A stretch of 64,000 nt of DNA from the NCBI GenBank assembly GCA_964106645.2, contig OZ067043.1. One strand, given 5' to 3'. Position 1 is the first letter of the stretch, and the number at the start of each line of letters is the position of its first letter. A program made the position numbers and the translations under genes. Under the pieces are notes generated by a model. It saw nothing but the letters and a program-made list of their open reading frames with translations, did no database searches and was not told where the DNA came from. Of the stretch, positions 13,834 through 26,689 are shown piece after piece. The stretch comes from Podarcis pityusensis (lineage: Eukaryota).

Positions 13834-15226
13834 TAAGTCAAGATTTTACAGTGAATATTTTGCTGGGTCAGGATGAGGATATATGTAATTATGCAGTTGA
13901 TATATGCTCCTGTGTAAAGCAGAGAATCCAAAAAAATAAAATAGAAAATCACAAGTTGTGAGGTATTCGCTAGTTATATTCTTGAAGAAAAGGTATATTT
14001 ATTTACACATTTAAAGTGCTGGGTTTGAGTGCACAATCTTGTAATAGCTACAATTAAATAACCTGATAATGACAACAGCACTGTTTCTGCCAAGGATGGG
14101 TGATACTGACTTCCTGAGACAGAAGGCCCCCTTTCATTGGCATTCATTTTAAATTCAGGCCCAAGGGTAAAATCTACTATCCATAAATGATGCAGGAGTG
14201 GGTGGCTCTTCCCTCTCTGCTAAATACATTGCTGGCTTCCCCCTGGCAGGTGTAAATTGGTCAATTAATGTGATCCTGCTGGGCACAGTCATAGGCATCT
14301 GTTATGCAATCTACCAACAATGAGACCCAAATGCTTCTAGTAGTTTTCTCCTTCCATTTTTCTCTGTCCATCTCATAAGCTTAAACAACATTTCCTGCAG
14401 AATAAGAATAGCAATAATTATTTACCAGTATCTGGAGGGGAATGAATCCTTGATAGTACAGTTTAGATGGTTGGGAGGTGCAAAAGCTGTTACATGCCTC
14501 TTTGAAGTATCCACAGCAGCCTGTTACAAAATGCATTAGACTGGCCTGTTCTAAAACTTTTCTTAAAGGAGGGAGGGTTTTTGTTAGAATTGTTTGTAAA
14601 AATTACAGGTGAATATTGCGACCAGGATGGCCAAGTACTGCTTGCACTGGCCCACTTCCCCCCCTCTTACTGTTGAAAGAAGAAAAATGCAAGAACAGTT
14701 GCAAACATTTCCACAGAATCCATAGCAGCTGCCAAGCTCCCCTCACCAGTCGTCACCCACAGACACTTGTCTTGAATTGTAGGTTCACCTTCTGTTCACT
14801 GAAGGCTCTCAGTCTAATGAAGTATCACAGTTGCTCAAGGGGCAGGCAATTTTAGACGACTGCCCTGCTCTGCAATTGTTCTGGAGGGTTCCCCAATCCT
14901 TCAGAGTAGATTTTTAGAGGTGCAAGTGGCTAAAGGTGAAAGAGGGAATAAAACCTCTCTTCCAAAGTCAGTGTCCCCTAACAATTGCACAAGGAAAGCA
15001 GCAGTTACAGAGCAGTAAGATAATGACTTTATGACAAGCAAAGCCTCCCAGTTTGTCTAGGGAGGGTTGCTGGGATTTGAAAGTACACAGGTATACTTTT
15101 GGTTGTGGAAGATATATCTGGAGGAAAGTCAGGTAATCACACAATGAAACCCTTTTATTGCATTTTTGACAGTCACAGATGTAGAACTGTCAGATTGTCA
15201 AGCCATGTCTTGTTCAGACATACAGT

Positions 15227-15391
15227 TAGGAATATAGGAAGCTGACTTATACTGGCTCAAACCATTGGTCCATCTAGTTCTGTATTTTCTGTCCAGGGTT
15301 TCAGGCAGGAAGTACTGCCCAGCCCTACCTAGAGATGCTGTGGGTTGAAACTGGGACCTTCTGCATGCAAAGCACATGCTTCTGTCACTGA
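15227..15391 (-). mobile_element. Squam3-like tRNA-derived SINE
   Basis: Reverse complement reads tcagtgacagaagcatgtgctttgcatgcagaaggtcccagtttcaaccc...ggtagggctggg...cagcttcctatattccta. Confidence 0.8.
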
Positions 15392-15625
15392 TTTGCTAAA
15401 CCATGGCTTGTTAAATCATAGCTTAGCAGCCAGGAACAACCAACAGGACTCCACACACTCTTCTTGTCTCTTCCGTCCCCACACCTTCAGCACTTACTTC
15501 CTGCTTTAAGTAAACCACAGTTATGCATTACATCCAAAATGGAGAACTTACTTGTAACCAGACTTAAACCACAGTTTCCTGTTCTGATGTAAATGTTAAC
15601 AGCGGTTTAATTAAGCAAGGAGGCA

Positions 15626-16120
15626 CCGTATATTTCTCGCTCTATAAGACACACCAGACCATAAGACGCACCTAGTTTTTGGAGGAGGAAAACAAGAAAA
15701 AAAATATTCTGAATCCCAGAAGCCAGAACAGCAAGAGGGATCTGGCTTCTGGGATAGCCGCGCAAAGCCCCTTCAGGGCAGTGGGATGAAGGCTCCCCCT
15801 GCCCTCAAGAGGCTGCGTGTGGCTATCCCATAAACCAGGACAGCAAGCAGGATCACTGCGCAGCCTCTTCTGGGCAGGGTGAGCCTTCATCCCGATGCCT
15901 GGGAGAGGCTGCGCATTTCTATCCCATAAGCCAAGAATCGCCAAGCAGCGGGAGGAAGGCTCCCCCAAGAGCCGCGGTCCCTTTAAAGAGCCTCATGGAG
16001 CGTGTGTATCATGGGCTGCCCTTCTCCCTCCTCAGGGAAAAGCCCCCAAGAGCCGTACACACGCTCCACGTGGCTCTTTAAAGGGAGCGCTGAGCAAAGC
16101 CTCCCGCCTGCATTCGCGCC

Positions 16121-16155
<35 letters not shown>

Positions 16156-16207
16156 CCCCTTACTTTTTAGGAGGGGAAAAGTGCGTCTTATAGAGCGAAA
16201 AATACGG
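15626..16207. mobile_element. Tc2/pogo-type non-autonomous DNA transposon
   Basis: About 27-bp TIRs ccgtatatttctcgctctataagacacac / gtgcgtcttatagagcgaaaaatacgg followed by TA; GC-rich internal direct repeats and a (CA)n tract. Confidence 0.85.
16123..16153. repeat. (CA)n microsatellite
   Basis: Perfect dinucleotide run inside the Tc2-type element. Confidence 0.95.
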
Positions 16208-16566
16208 TAAGTGCAGAGGGAGTGTGTGGTTGCCTCACTCCCACTATGATGTAACAAACCCATGAATTATATGTCCGAATGAGGCCAATATCTTGCTATC
16301 TGTGGATTAATACCTGGCTACCAAGCAGGAAAGTCACCCTGTTGCAAGCCTAGTAACTGTTGCTTCTTATTAAATGATGTTAGCATGCATGGTGCGTGCT
16401 TCTAAAGTAGTAATTTTTAATTTCATTCTTTCCAATTTAAAATGAGCTTTTTAATAATGTAGAACTTCAGAGATAGAAGCAATGTATTTGCATATGCCAG
16501 CTATGCGCCATCAGGTTTGTGTCTTTATACATTCTGTGTTTTAGTATCAAAGCCTGTTTTGTTGTT

Positions 16567-16660
16567 TTTTATTTAATAGCACCCAAAGGTGCGCTAGGCA
16601 CATCACAGAAGGTATAAAGAGACACAGTCCCTGCACTAAAAAGCTTGTAATCTAAATTTA
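16567..16660 (-). mobile_element. Ancient L2 3'-terminal fragment
   Basis: tttatttaatagcacc...acagtccctgcactaaaaagcttgtaatcta matches the antisense L2 3'-end pattern. Confidence 0.55.
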
Positions 16661-19559
16661 GGATTGACGTAATGCATGTGGATAAGTGAAATTGAGTGTG
16701 TTGTGTGTGAGAGCGAGAGAAGACAGCAGGAGAATCATTTGCTTGTGCAAAGCAAGGCAACTACATATGTCAATAAGAAAACAAAAAATGTTGGTGAAAG
16801 CTCTTGCAGTTAATTGACTTGTAATAACTTAAAGGAGTAACATCTTGGTTGAGTGTTTGGACAATTAGGAAATGTTCAGACCCTGGGCTGGTTTGGAAAG
16901 GGCATTTTTTGACACCATCTGTGAAACCAGCTGTCAGGAAAGAGAAAATAAGGCCCACAGCAGCTAGGCAAGGCATTGTGTTGCTGGAGGTAAAGGTATC
17001 TGAAGTAGTGAGGCTACCCAGGAAAAAGGTTTAAATAAGATCCTCATTCACCTACCTGGTTAATTGTTGAGGATTAAGCCACAAGTGCTGACTCCTAGTT
17101 TTCATCACCCTTCACAAGGCCTTCCTCAGTTCAGCTGGTAATCCCTTAATGTATTGCTGGACTGCAAGACAGCTGGTCTCTGAGAGGCAAATATTTTGGA
17201 GAAGCAAAGTAGCAGCACGACCTCCTACACCTTTTCCAAGATGGCTGATCTCAGTTTCTCTAGACTGACTAAGCCTTTCCATGGTAAGAGTCCACTATTG
17301 GGTGTTTCTTTCCGCATATATTGTAATGTTCTGTGCTCCACTATCAGCCTCTGTAATCCTGGCAGCACCTGTCTGTTGATCACAGGAATTGTTACCTTTT
17401 TTTCTCTTGCTCTGCTGCATCTTTGCTCTTAATTCTAACCCTTCATGCTGTAGGTATTACTGGGACTGAACATAAATGAAGCTACATTACACTCAGGGTT
17501 GTGTGTTGTGATCTTGCAAGTACACAGAAAGTGAATGGAAGTTCAGCTTCCAAACAGTCTTAATTTAGTTTTATAAAAGGAAAAAGCAAGCCTCTAAGCT
17601 TTATGGTTATGAGGTTAGGCTTGAGCTCTAAAATCTCAGAAGCAGAAGAAGTGGATGAAGTAGATTTCCAGTGATTGAGGGCAACCTGTGCAGAGCTTGT
17701 CTGAGGCCCAGGGTGAGAGTCTTGTTAGGATAAAATTATAAACTCAAACAAAAAAGCATCTGGTCCCTGGTGAGGCCCAGGGCAAGTGTACCCGGCATGG
17801 AGAGAGAGAGGGTGTTGCCTCTGAGCCTTCCACTCCATCACCTCCACATGTCCCATTGCACAACCTGTTTCCTATCTGCTGGCTATAGGTGATGGGGGAA
17901 GATGGTGGAGGAACAGAACAGGATGCTCAGCCACTGCCTCAGAATTTTTAAAGCTTTTGGGAGGATCTATGGGTTGCAACCTTGCATTTCCAACCTCAGG
18001 AAAACCAAAATGCAGCACATTTTGTTAGTACATCTCTCAAAGAGACAGTGCTGACTTTGAAACCCTAACAACGCCCTAGCCTGGCCTTCAAACTAATTTC
18101 TGATATTTGGAATTGAGGCAGCTCCGAACCTCTGAAAAGCCCAGTTCAGCCTAAAATCCCAATAGTGTGTCATGTGTAGAGCAAGCCAAAATTAGTAGGA
18201 CGGGGAGCATAGACTTCTGGGAAAGGTTTTCTTTCCTGAGAAACATTTGATAGTACTCCTTCCCCCCCTTGAAGTATCAGATTTTTGATCTTTTGGAAGA
18301 CTGAACTGCAATGTATCTGTCAATTCACTACAGGCTAATTTGTGGGCAAGGCTTGTGCCTGCATTTAGTCTTTTGCAGGGAGTGTGGGAGAGGCCATCTG
18401 CCATTGCTTTTCTACGTTACTTCCCCAGTGATTGGTGTGGGGTGTGGCGGAGAGCAGAGATTGAGAGTCTTCTGCTTTTGGTAGGTACTAATACTTGTTT
18501 GAAGAGAAATCTGATATATCAGAGTTATATTGGAGTTATTTAAACCAGTGGTTTAATATGGTCGGATGTAAAGAAAACAAGTGTTCCTGAATCCTTTCCT
18601 CTCCCTCCTCACTCCCCTGTTATAGAATTTGGCCTAATTAAGTGTGCCTGAATGTATGCAAGTGCTGTTCATTCTTCATAATATGCCCCTTAAAAAAAAA
18701 AGCTCTGTGTTCATGCCATTAAAAAGAAGAAGAAGAAAGATTTGATTTGGAAGACTGATTAGCAATCTGCTGTATTCTTCAGCTGAAGTTTGGGGAGCAG
18801 TAGTCCAATTCACTGTTTATTTTGAGGAGGGAATTGCAGGTTCTTGTTTTCCTCAGTCGTTAGATAAGCAATTTGACTAAATAGCAGTTTTAATCAGGTT
18901 TAATGATATCTTCTCTGTGTGTAAGGGCCTATAAGATACTTAAGTCTAAAGGTCTGTTGTAATCAGCTAGGTTATTAGATTTGTTTACAGATCATATGCT
19001 ATGGCTTTCCTTTGATAACAATGTGTAGTTGACCTTTGTTCCTAGTTAAAAGTTAATTAGAGAATAAATACAGTTGCCCTGTTACTGACTGGGGTGTGTT
19101 GCACTGCATGAAGGGAAATACTAAGATATTGACTTGCCATATATGTTACAAAATTACAAAACTCTGTTGTTTGAGTGTTCTGAGTTAGCCTGCCATAACT
19201 ACAACTGGCACTAAATGCATGATATAAAAGCACCCCAATGTTTAAGAATTCCTCATATAATAAGGAATAGTAAGTGTGGACCCTTCCCCAAATTTTCATC
19301 TGAATTGTTTCACATGGTGATAGGAGGTTTAATTGTTCTCTCCTTAGCTGCAGTCCTGATTAAAATCCCCTGCTCTCTGTTATTAGCCTTCTCCCTAAGA
19401 CTAATAATACTAAGTGAGTGGCAATTTTAATCAAGATCACATCTGGGAAAGGAAGGGTTAAACCTCACCTCTTGAATTTCTGGTGAAATCCTGGTGATCC
19501 CCCCCCCCCACCTGCTATTTTAAAAATTGTGAAACTCACATTGCAGGTGTGATTTTAAT

Positions 19560-19665
19560 AGGGAATGGCTTGCTTAAAGCCGCCTAGTGAGCTCATGGCA
19601 AAGTAGATTTCAAACTGGGGCCTTCCTGATTTCATAGCTCCGTCATTTAGCTATTCTATCACAGT
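19560..19665 (-). mobile_element. Degenerate tRNA-derived SINE fragment (MIR/CORE-like)
   Basis: gcttgcttaaagccgcctagtgagctcatggc...atttcaaactgggg resembles an antisense SINE head and core. Confidence 0.4.
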
Positions 19666-20159
19666 ACATCAGTGTAATTATTCAGGCCCCAAGGTCAGAA
19701 AAAGCGGATTAGGAATGGTGTGGAAAATAATGCAATTGACTTTGAATTTCACCAGCTGAATCCAGAGGGAAATAAAGGCAATTCCCAATTTAAACATGTC
19801 TGATTGATGCAAGATTGTGCACACACGCACGGCACCGAACCTGGAAGTGACACTAAAGTGTCACTGAAAGGACAGAACAGGGAAGTGGCAGAATGCTTTA
19901 GGCAGGACACGTTCAGTGGCCCAGAATGTAACCCCTGTACAAAACTAGGATTGTCTGTACAACATCAGGAAAAGCTCTCTCATATCTAGGTTTAGGGAGA
20001 AGCGTTCTAGGTAAGACACTGTGCAACTTCTAGGCCGTCTTTACACAGGACCTCTCTTCTGTTACAAATTCAAGAGAATTTGGAACTGGGCGTGGGGCAT
20101 ATTGTGGTGGTCCCAAGGTAGTTAAGGTGGTTTTAATAAGCTTATCATTTACAGGTCAG

Positions 20160-20600
20160 AAGTTTCAAGGCAGTCTTTTTCACTGTCAAGCAGCTCTTAC
20201 TGGTCATTTCCCCCGATGTTTAGCTGGAATTTTCTTTTTGAAATTTCTACTCATTGATTCTAGCCTCTCTTTTTTAATAACTTTTTACTGGGTTTTATAA
20301 ACAAGGATCACAGGAACAATAAATGATACAAATAATTACAAATGCTACAAATAAAAAGACTATTTTTTTTACATCACAAAAATAGCATAATAAATTTGCA
20401 GTAATATCTACGGTTCATTATTAGTGGTCAGTGTACAAGTTCTTGGTTCATGAAGTGGTTTAAATAAAAACAAAAGGGGAACAGCATTGATTTGAATAAC
20501 TAGATAAACAGAGAACAAGTCTGCTCTCACCTCCTGCATAACAGGCCTTATTCTATTTGAAGAACACTGCCTTGTCTCACCTTAATCTTCCCCTTTTCAG
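20160..20600 (-). mobile_element. Old CR1 ORF2 3' fragment interrupted by an AT-rich insert (~20270-20505)
   Basis: Both flanks align by eye to the reverse complement of the CR1 at 45634 (cagctcttactg...gatgtttagctggaat; agagaacaag...aatcttcccctttt). Confidence 0.55.
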
Positions 20601-20659
20601 GATATAACTGATTCTGTACTAGTAGTTAATAGTAGAAGGGAGTTCTGACCACTGTAGGA

Positions 20660-20720
20660 AACAGGACTGTGGACTAAATGGACCATCAATCCACTCCAGT
20701 AGGGCATTTCTTATGTTCTA
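20660..20720 (+). mobile_element. CR1-type 3' terminus fragment
   Basis: ggactaaatggaccat...ccagtagggcatttcttatgttcta tail. Confidence 0.5.
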
Positions 20721-21393
20721 ATATTCAGTATTATAGTGTCTCTCAGTAGTTTCCCCCTTGTATTGCTCTTTCTTGTGTAGAAGAGTATCTGTTTTGTTTT
20801 TGGTATGTGAGCTTTTGTTTTGATAACAGATAACACTGTGTGTACATATCAGATTTTATTAAAAAGTAACAGGGTTAAAATGTCCTTCTGTCTTACCATC
20901 TGAACAGAAGAGACTACTCACAGGTGGTGCAGAGGAGCAGCGAATTCACTTACTGTATACCTAGCAGCTCCTGCCCTAGTTTTTTCCATCTGTTTCTTCT
21001 CTTCCCAACCCCCATGTTCCACACTGTTTATGGTTGCAAAACAAACACCACCACCTACCCTTATTACTTAACCCCAGCTATTAAGAAAACATTGTAAGAA
21101 GAAAGGGCTGACAGATCAAGTATGTGTGGGGCCATTTTCACAAAACATAAAAGCAGATTAGGACTATTTGCATAACTGGAAGATGTTTCTTTAAAAAAGA
21201 AAAGGGGAAAAAAGAACAGCCAGAAAGCATTAACACTAAGAGGTGTGGGCAATTTTCATTCTTACCTGGTGTGCCCGCAGAGAGGATTTAATTAAAATTT
21301 AATAGCATAGTGCCCTGTGTGTATGATACAATGTATTGCACTTTCTTTATGCAATGATTTGCCTTTAGTAATCAGTATTTGAAAAGCAAGAAG

Positions 21394-21586
21394 GGGAAGG
21401 GCCAGAGCTCAGTGATGTTACACATGTTTTGAATGGAAAAGGTCCCAGGTTCCATCCGCAGTATCTCCAAGCAGGGCTGAAAGAAACACCTGCCTGGAAG
21501 CCTGTGGAGCTGCTGTCAGCCTGTGTAGATAAAACTGAGCTGGGTAGGCCCAGTGGTCTGATTTAGAGCAGCTTTCTATGTGTCTA
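21394..21586 (+). mobile_element. Squam3-like tRNA-derived SINE
   Basis: gggaagggccagagctcagtg A-box, aaggtcccaggttccatcc B-box, 3' end cagtggtctga...cagctttctatgt. Confidence 0.8.
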
Positions 21587-21639
21587 GATGTTCTTTCTCT
21601 GTGAGATTATAGTACTGAAATGATTAAAAAGGTAATACC

Positions 21640-22545
21640 CCAATTCATAAAGACTTCAAAATGGAGGCCTTGAACTCCAGACTCTAGTCAAGAATGATGT
21701 TGATGAACTTGTCGGAGGCTTATTTACTTAATGCCATCTGATGGGTACCAGAAATACCTCCGGTTTTTCCTATACAGGCAACCACTTCCAATATTATGTT
21801 CTGCCCTTTGGGTTGACCTTTTCCAGCAGGGTGCTAACTAAAGGTAAGGTGACCCTAGTGGCACACCTGAGGACCTTGGAGGTGCAGGTTCATCTGTACT
21901 TAATCCTGGTGCACTCCCCCTCCAAGAAGCAATGCAGGCGAGATAGGTCACCCTGAACTGCCTTTGGTGACATGGGTTCATAATAAATTGGGGGGAAGTC
22001 TCATTGGAAACCCCCCCCCAAAAAAAAACCCATACCCCTGGGTGTACAACTGAAGATGCCAGCCTTCAAGATTTGGTTGTCCAAAGGCCACATAGAGAAA
22101 GTGACACAACTTAAAATCCAAATTGCAAGTGCAACTGAGGTGGATCTGATGGTATTAGTCAAATTTCCAGGCATGGTGGTATCATTTCAGAATCATGTTC
22201 CCTAGGCAGCACACCTCCCTTTACCCCTTCAGAGAATGCTATTCTGCTATCAGGACCAGATTGCAAAATCCAAACACATTAAGATTTCGTAAGTGCCTAG
22301 CTGTGCAGAGAGCTCTGATGATGGTAGTCCTATGGAAGTTAGTAGATGGGGTATGTTTGGAGGCTCACCTCAGGCTTGTGATCTCAAGACGCCAGACTTT
22401 ATGATTGGGGACCCCACCCAGGTTCCTTGGTGACTCAAGGTGTTTGGAGCATCCCTGAAACAATGCAGCATCAACTAGGTGGAGCTCAGGGGGATGAGAC
22501 TGGCACTAGTAGCCTTGCTCTGCATGTTCTGGGGCAACTATTTGA
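21640..22545 (+). mobile_element. DIRS (tyrosine-recombinase retrotransposon) RT/RNase H fossil
   Basis: FKME motif at ~21656; ORF 21741 reads FSYTGNHFQYYVLPFGLTFSSRVLTK...LVAHLR (DIRS RT); downstream gacgccagac...tgggg and catcaactaggtggagctcagg resemble RNase H TDAS..GWG and HIN.LEL; many frameshifts. Confidence 0.75.
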
Positions 22546-23964
22546 ATGTTAGAATTTTGCAGCTATCATTGAGGAAGGTCTGTTAGGCAAATTGTTCAGT
22601 GGACCATAACATTAATTTTGGCAGCCATAAGTCCATATACATATGCCCTAATGAACAGATATAGATAAGTTCCTTAAAGGAAAGTCTCTGCACCCTGTGC
22701 CTTTGAATAGCGACCCTTGTTTGGACTATCCCTTGACAAATGAAAAATCATTCAAAGTGCAGAAATCTTCTGTAACGTGGGTAGGTTCTCAGTATTGACA
22801 GCAGCACCTGAAGCTTAGGAGTGGCTGTACATAATCCCGGAGGGAGCTGTCATGAACATTTCTTCGTATTTGGATTTGGAGACTGTACTTACAATATCTA
22901 TTTCTTCTATTGAATTTCCTGTCAACTGCCAGTGTATTTATGACCATAATGGACATTGCAGCAGCTTGACTGAGACGGAACAGTATGTATGTACATCCAT
23001 ATCTCAGCATTTTATTTTATATCTGGCAAGACCTGATGTCAGAATATGTGAAATATTTGAATTGCATCTTTATTAGTTACAAAAGAGCCATCTGACACCA
23101 CCATAAAATATTCCTTTCTTGCTGGTCGATTTTAGTACTAAATTTGGATGGTGCTTTAGCCATATTTTGGTATATTGAATGAGAACTATTCTCCTGAGCC
23201 AGATGGCACCTGCCTTTGAAATACTACTTTGGGCAAAATCATTAGATTAGTCTTTCAGTGTGTATGTGCCAAGTCTTTAATATTAATTTCTCTAAAATCA
23301 TTGAGGTGAGTTCTGGGCCTAATCCAGATGCTGCTGTCTTCTGTAGTGCACATATTCCTCTGCATACACCAAGAGGTTGTATCAGAATCCTTCTCTGCTG
23401 AGGCAAAATATTTAACGAGCCCTTGTAGCATTTCTGCTTTTAAAAATCCCTCCCCAGGTAGCATTGTATGCTATTAAACGCAAAAGTTCTTAAACAGTTA
23501 TAAAATCTCATCTTAGCAATATAAATATTTTAGAAGTCACATAATGCCTTGTCTATTTTTGTCTCTTTCTTCTGCTTTAATAGGCTGTGCAGAACTGAAA
23601 CTGTTACTAAGTTGGTATTTTCTTTGTGTAGCAAGGTCGTTGGACCATTAACAAAGGCTTTATTAGGGCTGTTCTGCGTTTGAGATAGAGCAGAAGTCTT
23701 CTTGCTGGTTTCATCACTGAAGAGGCATTTAACAGAACTTCTGGAATTGCAGCCACATAACGAACTTGATCAATATTTAATATCAAGATACCCAGTCTAA
23801 TTTTTCTTTTCTGAGTTTGGTAGTAACTATTGAGCAGTAACTCCCCCCCCCCCCGGAAACCTGCTAATCTATACCAGTTCTCTTATCATACCCATTACAG
23901 GTGTTAAAACTGTTGAGAGAACTGTTTAAAAGAAACAATAACTATTCAGAGGGTTAACGTAGAC

Positions 23965-24100
23965 CAGGCACCCGCAACCTGCGGCCCTCCAGATGTTTTG
24001 GCCTACAACTCCCATGATCTCTAGCTAACAGAACCAGTGGTCAGGGGTGATGGGAATTGTAGTCCAAAACATCTGGAGTGCCGAAGGTTGGGGATGCCTG
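23965..24100. mobile_element. hAT (Charlie-type) palindromic MITE
   Basis: TIRs caggcacccgcaacct / aggttggggatgcctg, internal arms ctccagatgttttg / caaaacatctggag, 8-bp TSD acgtagac/acctagac (7/8). Confidence 0.88.
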
Positions 24101-24772
24101 ACCTAGACACTTCTTCCAGCATGAGTACGTATTGTTAAGATGGCTGTGTTGCTAGTGGTTGCAATCTTGCTAAGTTATGTTGTTGTCTAGTAGTCTCTGT
24201 AGGGTAGACATTCTCGTTTTTTGATATTATGCATTGTCTAAGCATAATTTAAAGAGGACAAAGCTTGGCAGCATTTAACCTTATTTATTAACTCAGAGAA
24301 AAACAAGATTAAAGAAAAAGGAAGCGAGAATAGGCACAAAGGCCTATGACATTTTCTGGAATCTACTACAAATATAATGCAAATCCAAGTTTTGCAAACT
24401 GTCTGCCAGCATTGGAAATGCATGCTTCCTCTTCCTGTCTTCTCCATAACAAATGCTCTCTTTCATAAATTGGAAGGGTCATGACTAATTCTGGCCAAGT
24501 CTTCCTGCCTTAGTGAAGTGGGAGAGCAGCCAGTGAGGAGTTTGCATATTGTTACTGTCCTTGCTGAAGATACTAGTCCCTATACATGTCTGAATCTTGA
24601 CTATTTTCGTCAGTGAATAAGACTTTCTGGAGCATGACTGTGGATAGGGGAAATTTTTCCTTCTATGACCTGTTTGTATTTTGTCCAGTGATGTGGGGTA
24701 GGAAATCCTCCAGAGCTTTATTTTTCTGCAGATTTTTTTTCCATTTTGTAATTCACAATTGTAAATACAGTA

Positions 24773-25010
24773 CAGTCGTACCTCGGAAGTCGAACGCCTT
24801 GCAAGTCAAACGTTTTGGCTCCCGAAAACCACAAACTTGGAAGTGATTGTTCCAGTTTGTGAATGCTCCTTGGAACCCGAACGTCCTCCGCAGCTTCCAG
24901 TTGGCTTCAGGAGCTTCCTGCAGGCAATCAGAAGCTGTGCCTTGGTTTCTGAATGTTTTGGAAGTCGAATGGACTTCCGGAACGGATTCCGTTCAACTTC
25001 CGAGGTAGAC
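24773..25010. mobile_element. Tigger/pogo-like MITE, divergent family
   Basis: TA|cagtcgtacctcggaagtcgaacg ... cgttcaacttccgaggtagac; right terminus damaged. Confidence 0.8.
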
Positions 25011-25339
25011 AAGTGGGGAAGTTTCAAAGGTTTTAGCTTTGTTTACTGACTGCAAGGCATGCTACTCTAGGACATCAGAAAAGTTTCAAGTACATATTGT
25101 TCTAATCTGAATATGAAAAAATTGAAAGTTCTATGTAAAGCCCACATCATTGATTTTGCCAAGGGGACACAGGAACACCTAATGTGTAATTTGAGGAACT
25201 ATATAGTCAAAGTAGTGGAGTGCCCTAATAAGGTACCTGGAAGGGAGCAGCAGAAACAAGATCCAATCTTTTCCAGAAAATGAGCTTTTATTGAGAAAGT
25301 AAAATGAAAAGAAAATTGCATGGAAAATTACTGAAGGGT

Positions 25340-26200
25340 TGTCCTAAAAGGGAGAGGGGTTAAGAAAGAAAGAGAAATGAGCAAGTTCCAGTCCTGCAGG
25401 AGGCTATACAGTGATGCTGTAGCATGCAGGAGAAAGGATGGTTGAAGTCTGAAAGTTATAGAGGGATGAAGCAAGTTATGCTTTCCTTCCATGTGACCTG
25501 CCCAAAAACTCATCAGTGGGAGTGTGAGAGTCCATGACATCAGGGTGAATCCAAAAAGCAGAGAGGAAGGGCAGGTATTCCTTAGCCATGACACAGCTTT
25601 ACAGGACAGGATCCCTACATGGAGATGTGTGGAGATTGGTACCTGAAGCCAGGGTCTCCAGAAATAAGTCAGGTTCAGTGTATCACAGCAAGATTGCTCT
25701 CCTGAAATCACACTGGCCATGGAATCTTGTAGAACCTCACTAATTTCAGGGGCCTAGGGCTAGTAGCAACCAGAAGGAAAATTTCCAGTTTCACCAAAAA
25801 AGGATATAATGGACTGTCCTTGATGAAAAGGGTTGCTTGACTCTTCAAGGGGATGTTTCAGTACTAATTGGAAGGTCACTGAAGAATTCTGGGCTCACAG
25901 GAGTCAATTGACAAAGTGGTCTTGAATGAATTAGGAAGTCAGGGAGATTTGTTTGTCTTGCCTTCCAGTGTATAGAGGGCTGGGCCACTTTCTCTTACAT
26001 TTAAGGTGTCAGCAGGAACTGCAAATGCATTTTGACCTAACCCAATAGACCATGCAAACTAACATTTCCAAACAAAATGAAGACTTCTGAGCCAAGGCGC
26101 TTGGAGGTAAAATTATGCTTTGTGGAAAGAACCTCCTTGGTCAACAGCCTGCAGCAAATCTCATGGGAACCGTTGAACCTGGTTGTTGAATAACCTCATA
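25340..26200 (+). mobile_element. Probable DIRS gag-region fossil
   Basis: Purine-rich decayed coding-like sequence with weak motifs near 26090-26150 resembling DIRS gag C-terminus; boundaries approximate. Confidence 0.4.
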
Positions 26201-26689
26201 GCATGCAGAAATTGCCTCTTGTCATAAAACCAAACCAGCTTTCTTTGAACACTTACTGAGGGTGAATTCTGGGTTCAGTTCCTCTTGTTGTCCATTTCTC
26301 TGATTTATTTTATATTTTTCTGTGGGTAACTCTTCATCATAGAAGGAGTTTTGCCCTTCCTTGATTGCTATCCTGCTGCCTCCACTTCTTTCCGTGGGAA
26401 ATGATGCATATTTTTAGAATAAAATATTGCTACCACATTTAGTGCAGGGGCACTAAATGGACAATTTTCCAGTTATCTTGGAAAGGCTTTCTTCATTGTA
26501 CTTTGTATAATGTTATGGTGTGGGCAGGATGTAAAATATTTGGATTATGTACTTCTAAATGCACTTTCCTGTTATTAATTCTCTTTTCAAATCTAATAAT
26601 TCTGCTTGCAATAATTTATTTACAGAATAGCCAAGAGATAAATCTATAATTCACAAAATACATCATTAATAGGATGCAGAGCCTCCCAC

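Larger units (their letters stand above)
15207..16285. mobile_element. Old non-autonomous TIR element (possibly PIF/Harbinger-like) hosting two later insertions
   Basis: Imperfect TIRs gtcttgttcagacat / atgtccgaatgaggc (11/15); internal aaaccat/aaaccacag motifs on both sides of the inserts. Confidence 0.5.
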
